From the NCBI GenBank assembly GCA_011109175.1, contig RDEW01000009.1, positions 315,237 through 379,236 on the forward strand: a DNA stretch of 64,000 nt. Reading direction: 5' to 3'. Shown here one piece after another: positions 25,832 through 37,831 of this stretch. The position numbers were made by a program, and so were the translations under genes. Every line of letters begins with the position of its first letter. Positions within the stretch are counted from its first letter, which is position 1. The notes below the pieces were generated by a model. It was given only the letters and a program-made list of their open reading frames with translations, made no database searches and had not been told where the DNA came from. The DNA comes from Dicyema japonicum (lineage: Eukaryota > Animalia > Dicyemida).

Positions 25832-26196
25832 GAAGAATCTTAATAGACAAAAATACTCAATAGGCGAAAATCAACACAACACGTTTTTTTTCATCAGTGT
25901 GCCGCGAGAATTATTGTCTGAAAATTCTCTGATCTAGTTCATCCATAATTCTCTATAACATTTGATGAGAAAAGGTCACAAAACTGCAACATACTAGATG
26001 AAAAATTAAATTTGTTTAATAGAGAATTGTGTACAGGTAAGGAATCAATATATAGGAAGAATAATCCATTTCCTCCTATAACCCAATTTGAAGCAATAAC
26101 TCAGATCTGAACTAGGAAAGACAGGAGAGATGAATAGCGGATCCGTTATTTCTATTTGAAAAAAAGGAGTTTCAGAAGATAAGACAATTTAGATTG
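25832..26196 (+). repeat. 365-bp direct repeat, right copy
   Basis: Near-identical to 24186-24550. Confidence 0.92.
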
Positions 26197-26605
26197 ATTT
26201 ATTTTATTTATATTTGAGATATCATTTTTTGAACCCTTTTATTTATTTATTCGTTAATAAATTTGTTGTCAGTCCCAAATTCTAACGATTCTAAACCTTG
26301 TTCAATTGTGAAATGTGTACTTTCAAATTTTTTAATAATATCTGCAATAGCGACATTACTCGGAAACCTAGAATGTTCGAATAGCTTCGGATAAGGTCAC
26401 ATAGACTGCTAACTAACACGTGGTTTTGAGACTTTTTTTTAGCTGTTCGAACTAGATATCCAACATCCGCGAATGATTCAAAAATATTTTGAACTCCGAT
26501 CAGATTTTCGAATAGTAAATAGCGGCCTTAAGCTATGTCCAGCATCCGAAATTATTATTTTATTATTAAAAAGTACTTTCACAGAACCAAAGAACGTTAT
26601 ATTAA

Positions 26606-27800
26606 CTAAGGTCCCGTTTGTGCCACACGTTTCACTATCTGCTTCACTAGGCGTCTCCATCGCCCTCTGCTTTGCGCATCTGTTCTTAGATCTTCTAGGT
26701 CTTCTGCAGATTTAAGATTTCTTCTAATCCCATTAAGATCCTTGTTCAGAGCCACGGGTAAAGTGACTCTGGGTCTTCCTCTGAATGATGGTTTGTTCTC
26801 ATTGTTAAAGTAATTGTCCATTATTATATTTGCAGGGGCGTTTATGTCCATTCTGAGCACGTGCCCAAACAGTCTCCACCTTGATTCAATAATGTCGATG
26901 TTTATTGGCCTCGATTGTGCCACAGAGTATAAATTCTTATTTGAAATCTTCTTGGGCCAACCTAGGCCCATTAAATTGCGTAATTGTTTGCGATGAAATA
27001 TATCCATTTTCTTGTGCTCTATCTCTGTGACCCCCTATGTACCCGAGTTGTACATTAGCACCGATTTTATACATGCGTTGTATAGTCTTATTCTTAGATT
27101 TGTTTTTATTAGTTTTCGTCGACTGTATAGTCTTCTTCTTAGATTTGTTTTTATTAGCCACATCTTCTGCATTTTTTTATACATGGCAGTGGCTAGAACT
27201 ATTCTATACATCATCTCCTCACTATCACCAAGTAAGGATCCCAATTTCCTTTTTTTCCTCCAATTTTCATCAATATATTTTGATTCCCTTGTGATTCTTA
27301 TGTGTTCAGTCTTTTCCTGATTAACTCGCAGAGACCAATTCTTAGATTCTCCAGGGATTTTCTCTAAAACAAGTCCAAGATCATTTTCTGACACAAAATC
27401 TATGTCATCTGTATATATAATCTTCATCGGCTTGCATCCTTCACATTTTGTTCTAAGAGCTCTCAATGCCGCTTCCAGGTATACGACGAATAGAACCGGA
27501 GATAGAGAGTCTCCCTGAGGTATTCCAACTATTGTCCCAAAATGCTTCGATGTTGTGTTTCCAACTCGTACAGTTAATTCAGTGTTCGATAATAGGAAAC
27601 AGACAAGCTTTATGTTATCCTCATCAAGAATACTCCCAGCAACGTCCAACAGTGTTTTTCTGTTGACAGTGTAAAACGCACTGGACATGTCCACTCCCAA
27701 AATCTTAAAATCACTCCTGTATTGTTGACACATGGCACATATCTACCTGTGGGACCAAACAGCATTTGCGGTCGAGCGTCCCTTTCTGAACCCACTCTGT
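26606..27800 (-). mobile_element. RTE-type LINE (second family), 5'-truncated
   Basis: VDMSSAF, GIPQGDSLSPVLF, YTDD, LGSLLG, RWRLFGHVLRM, RGRPRVTL; internal 42-nt duplication (LIKTNLR twice). Related fragments at 53520-53900 (+) and 40125-40260 (-). Confidence 0.88.
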
Positions 27801-27854
27801 CTCGGCGACAAAAATTCATAAACATCAGAAGACATCCGACTAAGGTTATCAGAT

Positions 27855-28400
27855 CCGAAATTAACGAAAGGAAATTTTTCTTTTGAACTAAATTATTCCG
27901 AAGTGCATCGTCGACTATCTGAGTAATGATGTTCTTGTTAGGAGCAGATTCTATTGCCTTAAACGATATCAGATATGTTGTTTCAAGAGAATTTAACGAT
28001 CCAATCATCACAGCAACGTATCTTTGGCCCCGGATTTTTGTTTCATCCGTAATATGAAAACTTTTTGATTGCTACAAAATAAAGTAAACTTTTATACACA
28101 AGTTTTTGTTGAATTAACAATTTTTGATCCATTATGATTTGATCAACACAGCTTCTAGCTTTTGATGGTGAGGGAACTCGTACAGAGCCGTAAAACAATT
28201 CTCTAAGCCACGGCATAGATAGTTTGTTTAGTAGAATATCAAATTTTATAAATGCTCTGGTTACTTGTAGAGCCCGATCATCATTTTCAATGTGTGTTTG
28301 ATGCGATTCGGTTAGATAATTCACAAAAAATAATTGTTATTTCGCAAAACTTAATGAACTTTGATGTTTTGTGAGACTAGATAGGAATTTACAAAATGCC
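27855..28400 (-). mobile_element. hAT-type (CGGBP1-like) transposase fragment
   Basis: TRAFIKFDILLNKLSMPWLRELF...VPSPSKAR and YVAVMIGSL...IITQIVDDAL...FLSLISD. Confidence 0.5.
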
Positions 28401-28639
28401 TTTTTTCGCATTTTATATTACACAAACAGAGTCGACAATGTAGCGCACCATCCTCAAGAATCATAAATTCTTTAGGATAATCTTTTACAATGGCCTTATT
28501 TTTATTTATTTATTTAACGCCCAAGACCACGGTAAAACCAAAACTTAACTTAATATGGTACGATTTTGCTATCTTAGGTATTATGTCAACCAAAAATTTT
28601 AGTGGCAAAATATATTATTAATAGTTAATTTAAAAAATT

Positions 28640-29845
28640 AAATAACACCCACTTTATTTAACCAACAATAAAAAGTTAATATTTAATAATCAACAACCTT
28701 CCTCGCTTGCCTGTTCGCCAGCTTCCTCAGGCAGGTTCGATTCTGGTTGCTGAAACAGATCCGAGAGCGCCTTGTCCAATTGAACCCTCTGCCCATATGG
28801 CATCTCCGGGCTCTGCCTCCTACTGTAGATAGGTCTGGAGCTTCCTATCTACCCCCAACTGCTTCAGATAACCCTTGCGGTATTTTGCTCCAATTCCTTC
28901 CCACGTCATTACTAAAGGAATAACGAGGACCTTGCAACCAAGCATCTTCCCCATCTCGTTTGCAAGCAAGTCATACTTCCTTTTTTTCTCCACCTCCACA
29001 GTCTGCAAACGGTCTCGAGACGTGATGCTAACCTCTATGATAAGGACTTGGCCAGACTCCTTATCGTGTACCACAATGTCCGGTTTATTGTGCTTGACTA
29101 GCACCGAGGTACGGATAGCACTGTCTACCTTAATTTGGACCCTGGTGTTCTCTACTACAGATTGCACCTTATGAGTCCGCAACTTTCTGGTGTGGCGAAT
29201 ACCATACTTATTGCATAGTAGAAGATGAAGACTCCTTACTACCTCGTTATGTCTTTACACATAGTCGTGGCAGAGCATGGATCCGGACCGAGTGGCTAAA
29301 TGATCAACAGACATACTCCTTGACTAACAATAGGGACATGTATTTGTTGATCGACCCCAAAAAATATTGCGGTCTTGCATATACATGTACAGCGCCTCCG
29401 ATCGAGGTGAGTTGTCACTATATTTTAGCCATATTGTCGACGACTTAAGATCGACATGTGGGTTATCCAATGCTCTGAAGAGGACTTTATGAAAGCTTTT
29501 TAAGTTGATCTTTTCCATCAAATTATTATATTGGCATTATAAGGGACTTTGGAGATTCGGTAACACCCAGATACTTATATCCTTCGTGTTCCTCTAAGAC
29601 TCTTACTAACTCGCTACATACTTGCGTGTTAGTCGCAGACTTTGAATAATTCAAATCTAGTCGTATACTCTCAAAGAATTCCCTGGCACAGACCCCCATG
29701 GAGTAAAGCTCCTCGGCTGTTCGAGCATACATCTTCAGGTCATCGATAAAAAGAAGGTGATTTGTACTGAAACAAACCCCCTCACAATGAACTGGTATTT
29801 GCTCAAACCGGTCATTGAGGAAGCGACTCAATGGCTCCAAACAGA
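28640..29845 (-). mobile_element. R4/Dong-like RT-RLE retrotransposon, 5'-truncated
   Basis: TNHLLFIDDLKMY, YKYLGV, CPYC...DHLAT, NKPDIVVHDK...IIEVSIT...EKKRKYDLLANE. Its 3' end recurs at 39805-39995. Confidence 0.88.
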
Positions 29846-29989
29846 ATATTGGTCAATTTAAAAAATTAATAAATTAAATTAAAAATTATAAGGTTTAGAA
29901 TAAAAGATTTTTTTGGACTACGTCTGAAAAAAGACACGTTTCGTCGCAATTGAAAATGTTTGTTTTTCATATTCGTTAATTTTAGTTAG

Positions 29990-32700
29990 TTAGTAAGTTA
30001 TTATAAAGAAAAAGCACTGTAAATTAAGTGATGGGGAAGTAATATAAAACGGTAGGGCATGCCAACCGACTTCTACCCCTACAGTCTCTCCAAAAAAATC
30101 CGTAAACACAGGGTCATCTCTGAAGATATGTGCGATTTTTGAAAATATGTGCGAAAGTTTATAGACTTTAGTGCGATTTTTGAAACCTCGAATAAGATTT
30201 TCGATAGTTCCGCCTACCTTGCACATTTTTCCTTGCAACCATAGGGGAATTGGCATACGAGGACTTATCCCGTGTGCAAAATTTCGCGTTTTCTTAATTT
30301 TCTTGAGGATAGAGTCTATCTTTTTCGAATCGTACCATCCTTCTAAACCGTATAGCATTGCAGGTAGTATTGAAGTGTTGAAGACATAAACAAAGGTCTC
30401 CGACTCGAGCTTTAATTTTCTAACGCAATAAAGAGCGTTCGTAGCTTTTTTCTTTCGTATTTTAGCATGTTCCATAAAATTACCTCTCTCGTCAATTAGG
30501 AGGCTAAGGTATTTCATAGTCTTCTTCCGAGGTATGTCTTTTAACAAGCTCTTTAGGAGAGCCATCCTCCTGCTTCCAGTTATCCTCAGCATACCAGACT
30601 TTTCACGTGTTACCAAAAGGAGTTTTCATTGCACCACTTTTCAATCTGGTCCATGTACATTTTCAAACGTTTCTCAGATACGATAAGGTTTAAAGAAGCA
30701 TCATAAATTATGACGTCATCAGCGTATATCAAAATTTATGTATATGGGTTTTCTGGGGAAGGCAATTCACTCATTACAGTGTTAAATAATAGAGGACTGA
30801 GAACTGAACCCTGAAGTACACCTCTTCTCAACCAAATTTCACGAGATTCATAGTTTAAAAAATTAACAATTGACCGTCTATCCGAGAGCAAACTTTGTAT
30901 CCAAAAATAGAGTTTTTTTTCAATGCCACAATTCGCAAGACAAATAAATAGACCAAGATGCCACACATTGTCAAAAGCTTGAATATCTAAAGGCAGACTG
31001 CGATCAAACACTTTTTAGTTTCCAAAGTTCTCAAAATTGACGCCTTAACACTGTACAAGCAATCTCCACAATACCGATTTTATAGAAAACACCACTGATG
31101 CTCCTTTAGTATATCATTACGTTCTATATTTTCAGAAAGTCTGTTGAATACAATTCTTTCCATAACCCTTGAGATCGATAGATTAAGGCTTATGGGCCTA
31201 TAACTGGTTGTTAAGTACCCAGGTTTCCCAGATTTACGTATCATCCTGACCTCCGTCAATTTCCAATGCGAAGGTATATGACCCAACCTGATACTGCACG
31301 TATAGAGATATCCCAGATATTCATAGAGTACCTTGGGTGCTTCCCTGAATAAACGAATAGCGATCTTGTCCTTTCCAGGAGCATTGTCTTTAGTGCATTT
31401 TACCGCATTTTCAACTTCCCAGCATTTATAGGGCTGTGACGTAGAGGTAAAGAACTAACTACTTTTTCCAACTTTTCTTTTAGAGAACTGAGGGCCAAAG
31501 AAGACAGTCGCACATCAGGGTTAACCTGTTGTATTTCCGAGAGTTCATCCCCAAACAGGTAGGAATTTCTTCTAAAGATACAGGAGACCTATCATTACAT
31601 TGCAACAGTGGAATTTCTTTTCTGAATTTACGTCCGGTTACTTTATTATAGACTTTTAAAAGTTTGGGTTTTTTCGATACAATTCGCTGCACTGAGCTAT
31701 CCAAAAATTATTTTTCTTAACTTTTTCTAATCTGTGTGTTTCTTGCTTGATCATCATAATTTCTAGCTCCACGAGCCTACTGTCATGGGGATCAGGACAT
31801 CGACGTAATTTGTTTTTCAAGCATTGTTTCCTTTTCAAACAGGCTTGACCTCTAAAGGAGCTAGGTTGAGTTTATAAAGGATTGGTAGATGATCACTACC
31901 AATATCACCAAGCGTAATCGGTCGTTCGCAAAAATTGATGAACAGATTCCGATATTAACGCTATTCCCAAATAATTTCAGCCATTTTAAGAATAGTGATT
32001 CTGATTCGAGGACATCAAAACAGAAAACCTGGAAGACATATACACATTTTTCAAAACAAGGCCGTCTCTGTTCGTCCCCAGACAACTAAACGAGGTATCT
32101 TTGTAGTTTAAGTCCCAAAAAAGATCGGGAACGGTGCATTTTCATTATGAAAAAAAATCTTTATAAGATAAGGATACGAAGATAATTTTTTAGAATACAT
32201 TTCTCCAATTTTCATCCACATATTTTTCATTCGTACTTCCAGGGAAACAAACTTACACAATTCTTGGGATATGATCTTCAAGTTCCGAACCCTTAGATGT
32301 AGTCTGTAGAACAACGATGTACCCGTTCCTGCAACCGAGCAAGACTTTTATTAAAAATAAAGAGAACAATATTTCTCAAGGTGAATATTATCCTCACTTT
32401 TTAACTTCGTTTTATTAACAATTAATACATCAACGGGATTAGTCGATATCATATGCACAATCTCAGAACGCCTTCTCTTTAAGTATCGGCGTTCACTGCA
32501 ATGAAAGTATGAATAGACTTCATACTTGTAGAACCTCAGCTTCTCCAATAAAAGAGCCAACAGTTTCCTGACGTCAAATCATTATTCGGCACATATATAA
32601 ACCAGCTTGTCAACAGCATCTATCAATCCCTAGTCTGCAATTGGGCCTTCCACCAGATTGGAGCACCAACAGTATTCCCTTTGCTCATGTAATTGGTAAC
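29990..32700 (-). mobile_element. APE-RT LINE (Jockey/I-like), decayed
   Basis: PVDVLIVNKTKL (APE), SYRPISL, LDIQAFDNVWH, GVLQGSVLSPLLFN, YADD, MKYLSL. Confidence 0.85.
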
Positions 32701-32749
32701 AATGTTTGTATTCTTAGAGATTCGGTTAGTATCCACGGTCGATATTTTC

Positions 32750-33662
32750 GCGTCTATTTAGGTTGAAAAATCGCGTTTTATGGGGTGTGTAGATATTCCC
32801 CAAACACTTTCAACAGCCTCAGCTTTAATCCACTTAACGGTCGAAACACCTTCTTAGTCATGTCTTTTGTTCTTCTTTCTTTGAAGACAGCCTTTGCTGA
32901 AGAACAATATTCGTCAATTTTGATATTAAATTGAATTAAAAAACTCATCAACCATGGAACTGTCACTTTGAAACTTTTTCTCCAGACAAAGTTTTGAACT
33001 TAAGTTCATGTCTTAATTAGAATTTTTTTAACCATCCGTTTGAAGCCTTAAAATTTTGAAGTGAAATTCTAGATGCGAATTTCAGCCCTAATAAAATGAT
33101 CTTAAGAATTACAATAATACCCATTTTTGGATTAAGGTCCGGAAATGAGAACATTTTGTTTTCTTAGGTGTTTAAATACATCCAACACTTTTGAATCCAA
33201 AAGCTTATGCTTTTCATTATTGACTGACTCTGAGGTCTTGCATTTGAATAAATTTGTCCATTTTTATGAATGGAACAATGTTTCTCTTGATTCTAGAGAT
33301 TGTTCCGATACTTGTGTGAAACATTCTAGCGAGTTTTCGAATTGAATGCTCCTTTTTTGAAAGAAGTTCAGCAATTTCAACTTTTGTATCGTAGTTTAAG
33401 CCCATAAAAGGTGTAGATAACTTTAAGACAAGCAAAAAAATGAACAAAAATCTGCACGTGATTTAAAAATTAATTGTAGTAAAATATAAAAACTGTAAAA
33501 TTTAATTTTAAATTAAAATAAATATTAATGTTCCAAAACGAGGTTTCTGTAAGGATTTATTAATTTTCTAATAAAATTTTCGAAGTGTTCCAAATCCCGA
33601 GGGTGTATCAAAAACAGAAGTGTTCCACCCTCGAGTCCGTTCCAAAAAGAGGTTATACTGTA
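32750..33662 (-). mobile_element. pogo/Tigger transposon 5' fragment
   Basis: End TA-CAGTATAACCTC; HTH SIRKLARMFHTSIGTISRIK; ASNGWLKKF. Confidence 0.75.
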
Positions 33663-33789
33663 TCTAGAAAATGCGGGGAATCTATGGAGAATGAGACCGT
33701 CCCGTTTTTTACCAATTCTGTTTGATCTTCGAAAACCCAGAACGAAAGCCAGAACCCAGAAAACAGTGATCACTTAGTTAGTAGTTAAC

Positions 33790-34498
33790 TTTTAACTTTT
33801 TCTAATTCGGTGATCTTGGGGCAAAAAAGGAAAAAAAAGCTGTTCACGTACATATGTCGAACCAAACATAACAATGATTTTTGTCGCAAACTTATGAAAA
33901 GAAAGCAGATATTCCAACCTCAAAATATTTATCTTTAAGTACAAAATCTGATTGGATTTCCAATAGTTCCATTTGTAAGCTTTCATCTGCATTGGAAACA
34001 TTAAAAGAGAATTGTGCTGTGAATAATAAATGTTGTTCAAAAGACGAGAAATCATTAAATTTTTTTTCGAAATTCCTTTAACAACGATTCTAGCTGTTTT
34101 TCATACTTGAAAAAATTCATTGCAGTATGTGCACCAACAGTACTCCTTAGCTCTTTGAACGTAGGAAAATGAACTTAATCTTCATTAATAGCTGAGACTT
34201 CCATAATTTCAAATTCAAAAGACATTTCAATAATTTGTGCGACAACAGTGTCTCTGGTTAACAAATAATTTTCTCTGTTTTTACAAGGCATTGCTTGATG
34301 CAATCACCATCGAAATATGATTTTCCATTCATTGCAAAAATTCTGCTGATTTCATAGCTTTCATTAACTGATGCAGTATTTCGATTATGAATTTTATCTG
34401 AATTGAGTCTTTAACGCAGTTAAATTTTTTCGCAATTCATTTAGCTTTGAAACATGTATTGGACCTTCTTAGTTAATAAGTAACTTAATACCTTCGAA
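33790..34498 (-). mobile_element. hAT (Charlie-like) transposase C-terminal fragment
   Basis: Dimerisation motif FATKIIVMFGSTYVREQLF. Confidence 0.7.
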
Positions 34499-35052
34499 AT
34501 ACAGTACGACCCCGCCCAATAAAACCCCGGCCTTGGGGCACCCTCTATTTAAGGGAGATTTTTTTAATAAATATTATTTTGAATGATTTTTTACATTTTT
34601 TGACCAATAGGAAGCCTAAATTTAAAATACAAAATTCCACTTATTGGGGGCACTTTTTCAATCGATAATATTAAAATTTTAAAATATTTTTAAGCATGAA
34701 GCTTAGTGAAACAGAAGATTTCCAATTCTTTAATAAAAAGAAAATACAGTAAACTCTCCCAAATTTGCCATTTTTGGTTCCAGCATTTTTTGCGGCAAAT
34801 TTGGGAATTGGCAAATTTTAGAATTTAATCGATAATTTTAAAATTGTTATTGGGTGACTTCTCATTGATGAAAATAACTAAATTTTATTTTATTAGAGAA
34901 AAAAATTATTTAAAAAATGAAGTATTAAATTTTATCGAAATAAATTAAATTCCCATTTGCTTCTTTTTTATATTTCTAAATCTTCTACTGCGTAATTAAT
35001 TGGTTTAAGTTTTCTGCTTGCTTGTCTGTTCCTCCTCTCTCTTTCTAATAGA

Positions 35053-35117
35053 GTGGCGTCATGTGATCCACCTGTCTAGGTGACGCCCAGTGCAAGGCCG
35101 GCATGAAAAAGGATCAT
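35053..35117 (+). ncRNA. Candidate HDV-like nested pseudoknot RNA (ribozyme-like)
   Basis: P1 GGCGTC/GACGCC, P2 GTGATCC/GGATCAT, P3 ACC/GGT, P4 GTGC/GCAT in HDV order; covaries with 14682-14744 and 46157-46217. Confidence 0.6.
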
Positions 35118-35288
35118 TTGCTCTTCCCCACTCCACTGGAGGGGTTTCCACAACTGCATGTAATGGACGTCTTACCCTTTATGCTGATTCCGGATGGACT
35201 CTGTTTCTGTAGAAGTAGAAACTGGATACACTTAATTAGTTGTTTACTTTAACTTCTTTCTCGTGTCTCCGGGGTTAATAAATAAATA
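35053..35288 (+). mobile_element. Non-autonomous short retroposon family B, full length, headed by an HDV-like pseudoknot motif
   Basis: AATAGA target duplication (35047-52, 35289-94); (TAAA)n tail; removal restores the Tigger C-terminal frame SSLLHLLERERR. No Pol III A/B boxes. Confidence 0.82.
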
Positions 35289-37831
35289 AATAGATGTAAT
35301 AAGGACGACGTCCTTTCGTATTCAACGTTCTCAAGAAGATCCTTTTCAATTTCGCTTAACTTGGAAGCTATTTTATTCTTTTTAGGGGTTTCAATTCAGT
35401 AGTTTCTTCATGGATGATTATTTCATTATCATCAATTAATGATGTTATTTTTTTCTTCATCTATTGCATTTTTTCCGAATAATTTTTAGACATAAATTAT
35501 TCGATTTCAATCGGATTGTGAAAATCCGTATTAGATAATATTTTTTTATGTTCACATTACTAAAGGTGTGCTAGTACCCGATTTTTTAGAATTTGAAAAC
35601 AATTTTTGATTGTTTTAGGGGATCCATCTTCCCAGGCCATTTTTTATAAAATAGAACATTGTTTTAAGGTTCAAATTTTTATATGATTCATATACTGACA
35701 TGATTCTTTTTCCAATAATCCACTAAGAAACTCCAATTTGTGTCTATTAAAGTGGACTTGAATGTTTTAATAATTCCCAAATCCATTGGCTGAATTATTC
35801 CTGTAGCATTTTAAGGAAAGAACATTATTATAATATTTTCCAAATTAGATGGTAAATAATGAGAAGGACAATTATCTATAAGGACAAAATTGATTTCTTC
35901 TCTGCCTCAAAAGGTTATCGAAATTTATCATCCAGTTAATAAAAATAAATCCGGTCATCCATATTCTTTTGGGAACTGTAATACGAAACAGAACACCGAT
36001 CATCATATTTTTTTAAAACATCTTGGCATTTTTGATTTTCCAATCAATAAAGGCTTTAATTTATGATTTCCAGACATAATTGTGAATAACATCACAGATA
36101 TTTTATCTTTGAAGTTCTTGTATCCTCCGAACAGAGTCTTGCAGATACTTCTGGATAGAATAACTTTGTAAAGGTCCCAGTTTCATCCAGGTTATAAATC
36201 TGATCACAGGTATATGACTTTGAAACTTTTTTGAAATTCTTTGAGAAACCCTTCAATATCGACACTTTCTTAGTGCACATTTTCCCATGTAATTTCCTCA
36301 TAAGAAATCCATGTCTTTTCTTAAATTTGGATAAAAATCAAAAAGAGTTTTTGAAATAGTCGTGAGGAAGTTGATTAACGAAGAATTCTGTTTTACTAAA
36401 TATTAATGAATCGTTCAACAATGCACCTTAAAATTTAAAAACAGTATATTACCTTTTGATTCTATCGAATCCATCCGCTCAACAAGCTTTTCATCAAGTT
36501 GCGGGAACTTTAACTTTTTGACTGTTTTTGTTGAGGAATTTTTAGTTTTTTTAATTGTTCCAAACTAGACTCACGGCTCTTTAAGATAGCGTTAACTGTC
36601 CTCCGGCAAATGTTCACTTTAAACAAAAAGAAAATTTATTGGCGATTCTTTGGCATGATAATAAAATTTTGTCGCCCTTATAACGCAGTATTTGCACTTT
36701 TTGTTTGATAGTGAGTTTTTTTTTATCGACCACTAGAATCACAACGAGACATGCTACTTGAATAAAGTTTTATTGTTTTAATTTTCAGTATTTTAATAAC
36801 TTTAAAAAATTCTGGCAAATTTCGGAATTGGCAAATTTCCACTAAAATTAGAATATTTATTTAAAAAATGGCAAATCTGAGAATTGGCAAATTAAAAGAG
36901 TTTACTGTATGTCAGAAAGAAAAATTTGTCAATTATACAATATTGGAAAAGGAACTGTCTCACGAATTAAAAAAGATATCGGAAAAAATTTTTCAAAAAG
37001 ACAAATATGCTCTGATAAACTCTCATCTAAGAACTTCGAATCAGATCTTTCTATTCGAATTGATCGATTAGTTTTCGAAGTCTTTAAAAATTTGAGAGAG
37101 GATGGTATTTTTTTCAGGATTTCTCCACACAACTATTGCAAAAAAATGCAGCTAATCTTGACTTCAATGATTTCAAAGCATCAAATGGATGGTTGGATCG
37201 ATTTAAAAAACGCCATGAATTATTCAAGTAATTTCGGGTGAAAGAACTCATGTGACAGAAATAAAGTCGAAGATTTTTTTAACGATTACGACAATTTATT
37301 TGATAAATACGTGAAAAAAGATTTTTAACTGAGACGAAACCTCTCTTTTGTAAAAAAAATTCATGTAATTCATTTGTCTCTTCAAATGATGATTGTTTTG
37401 GTAAAACGAAAAGCAAAGAACGAGTTTCAGTTCTTTTATGCTGCAGTCTTGAAGGTGAGAAATTAAAGCCCTTTGTTATCGGGAAATTTAAATTACCAAG
37501 ATGCTTAAAAATATAAAACTGAAGATTATAGGGTATATTTTATTAGGTTACTTTTAGGTTTTGTACACAGCGTCAGAATTGCTTGGATGATGACTGATAT
37601 TTTTGATAAATGGTTATAAAAAAATAAACTTTGAAATGGTACAAAAAACAGAAAAATTTTGATTCTTATGGGTAATGAACCGAATTTCTAAGAATTTAGG
37701 AATTTCTTAAATTTCCTAAAAATCTTTATTCAATACTTGCCCTGAAAGGCTCAATAATACTATGAATTCAGAATAAAAATTTTAAAGATTCTAAGAAATA
37801 AGTATAATACTGGGTTCAAAATAACTGATTA

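Larger units (their letters stand above)
34747..36907 (-). mobile_element. pogo/Tigger element (nested), full length, decayed transposase
   Basis: TIRs CAGTAAACTCT..AATTTGCCA, TA duplication; IYNLDETG, IDNCPSH, IQPMDLGII. Confidence 0.88.
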
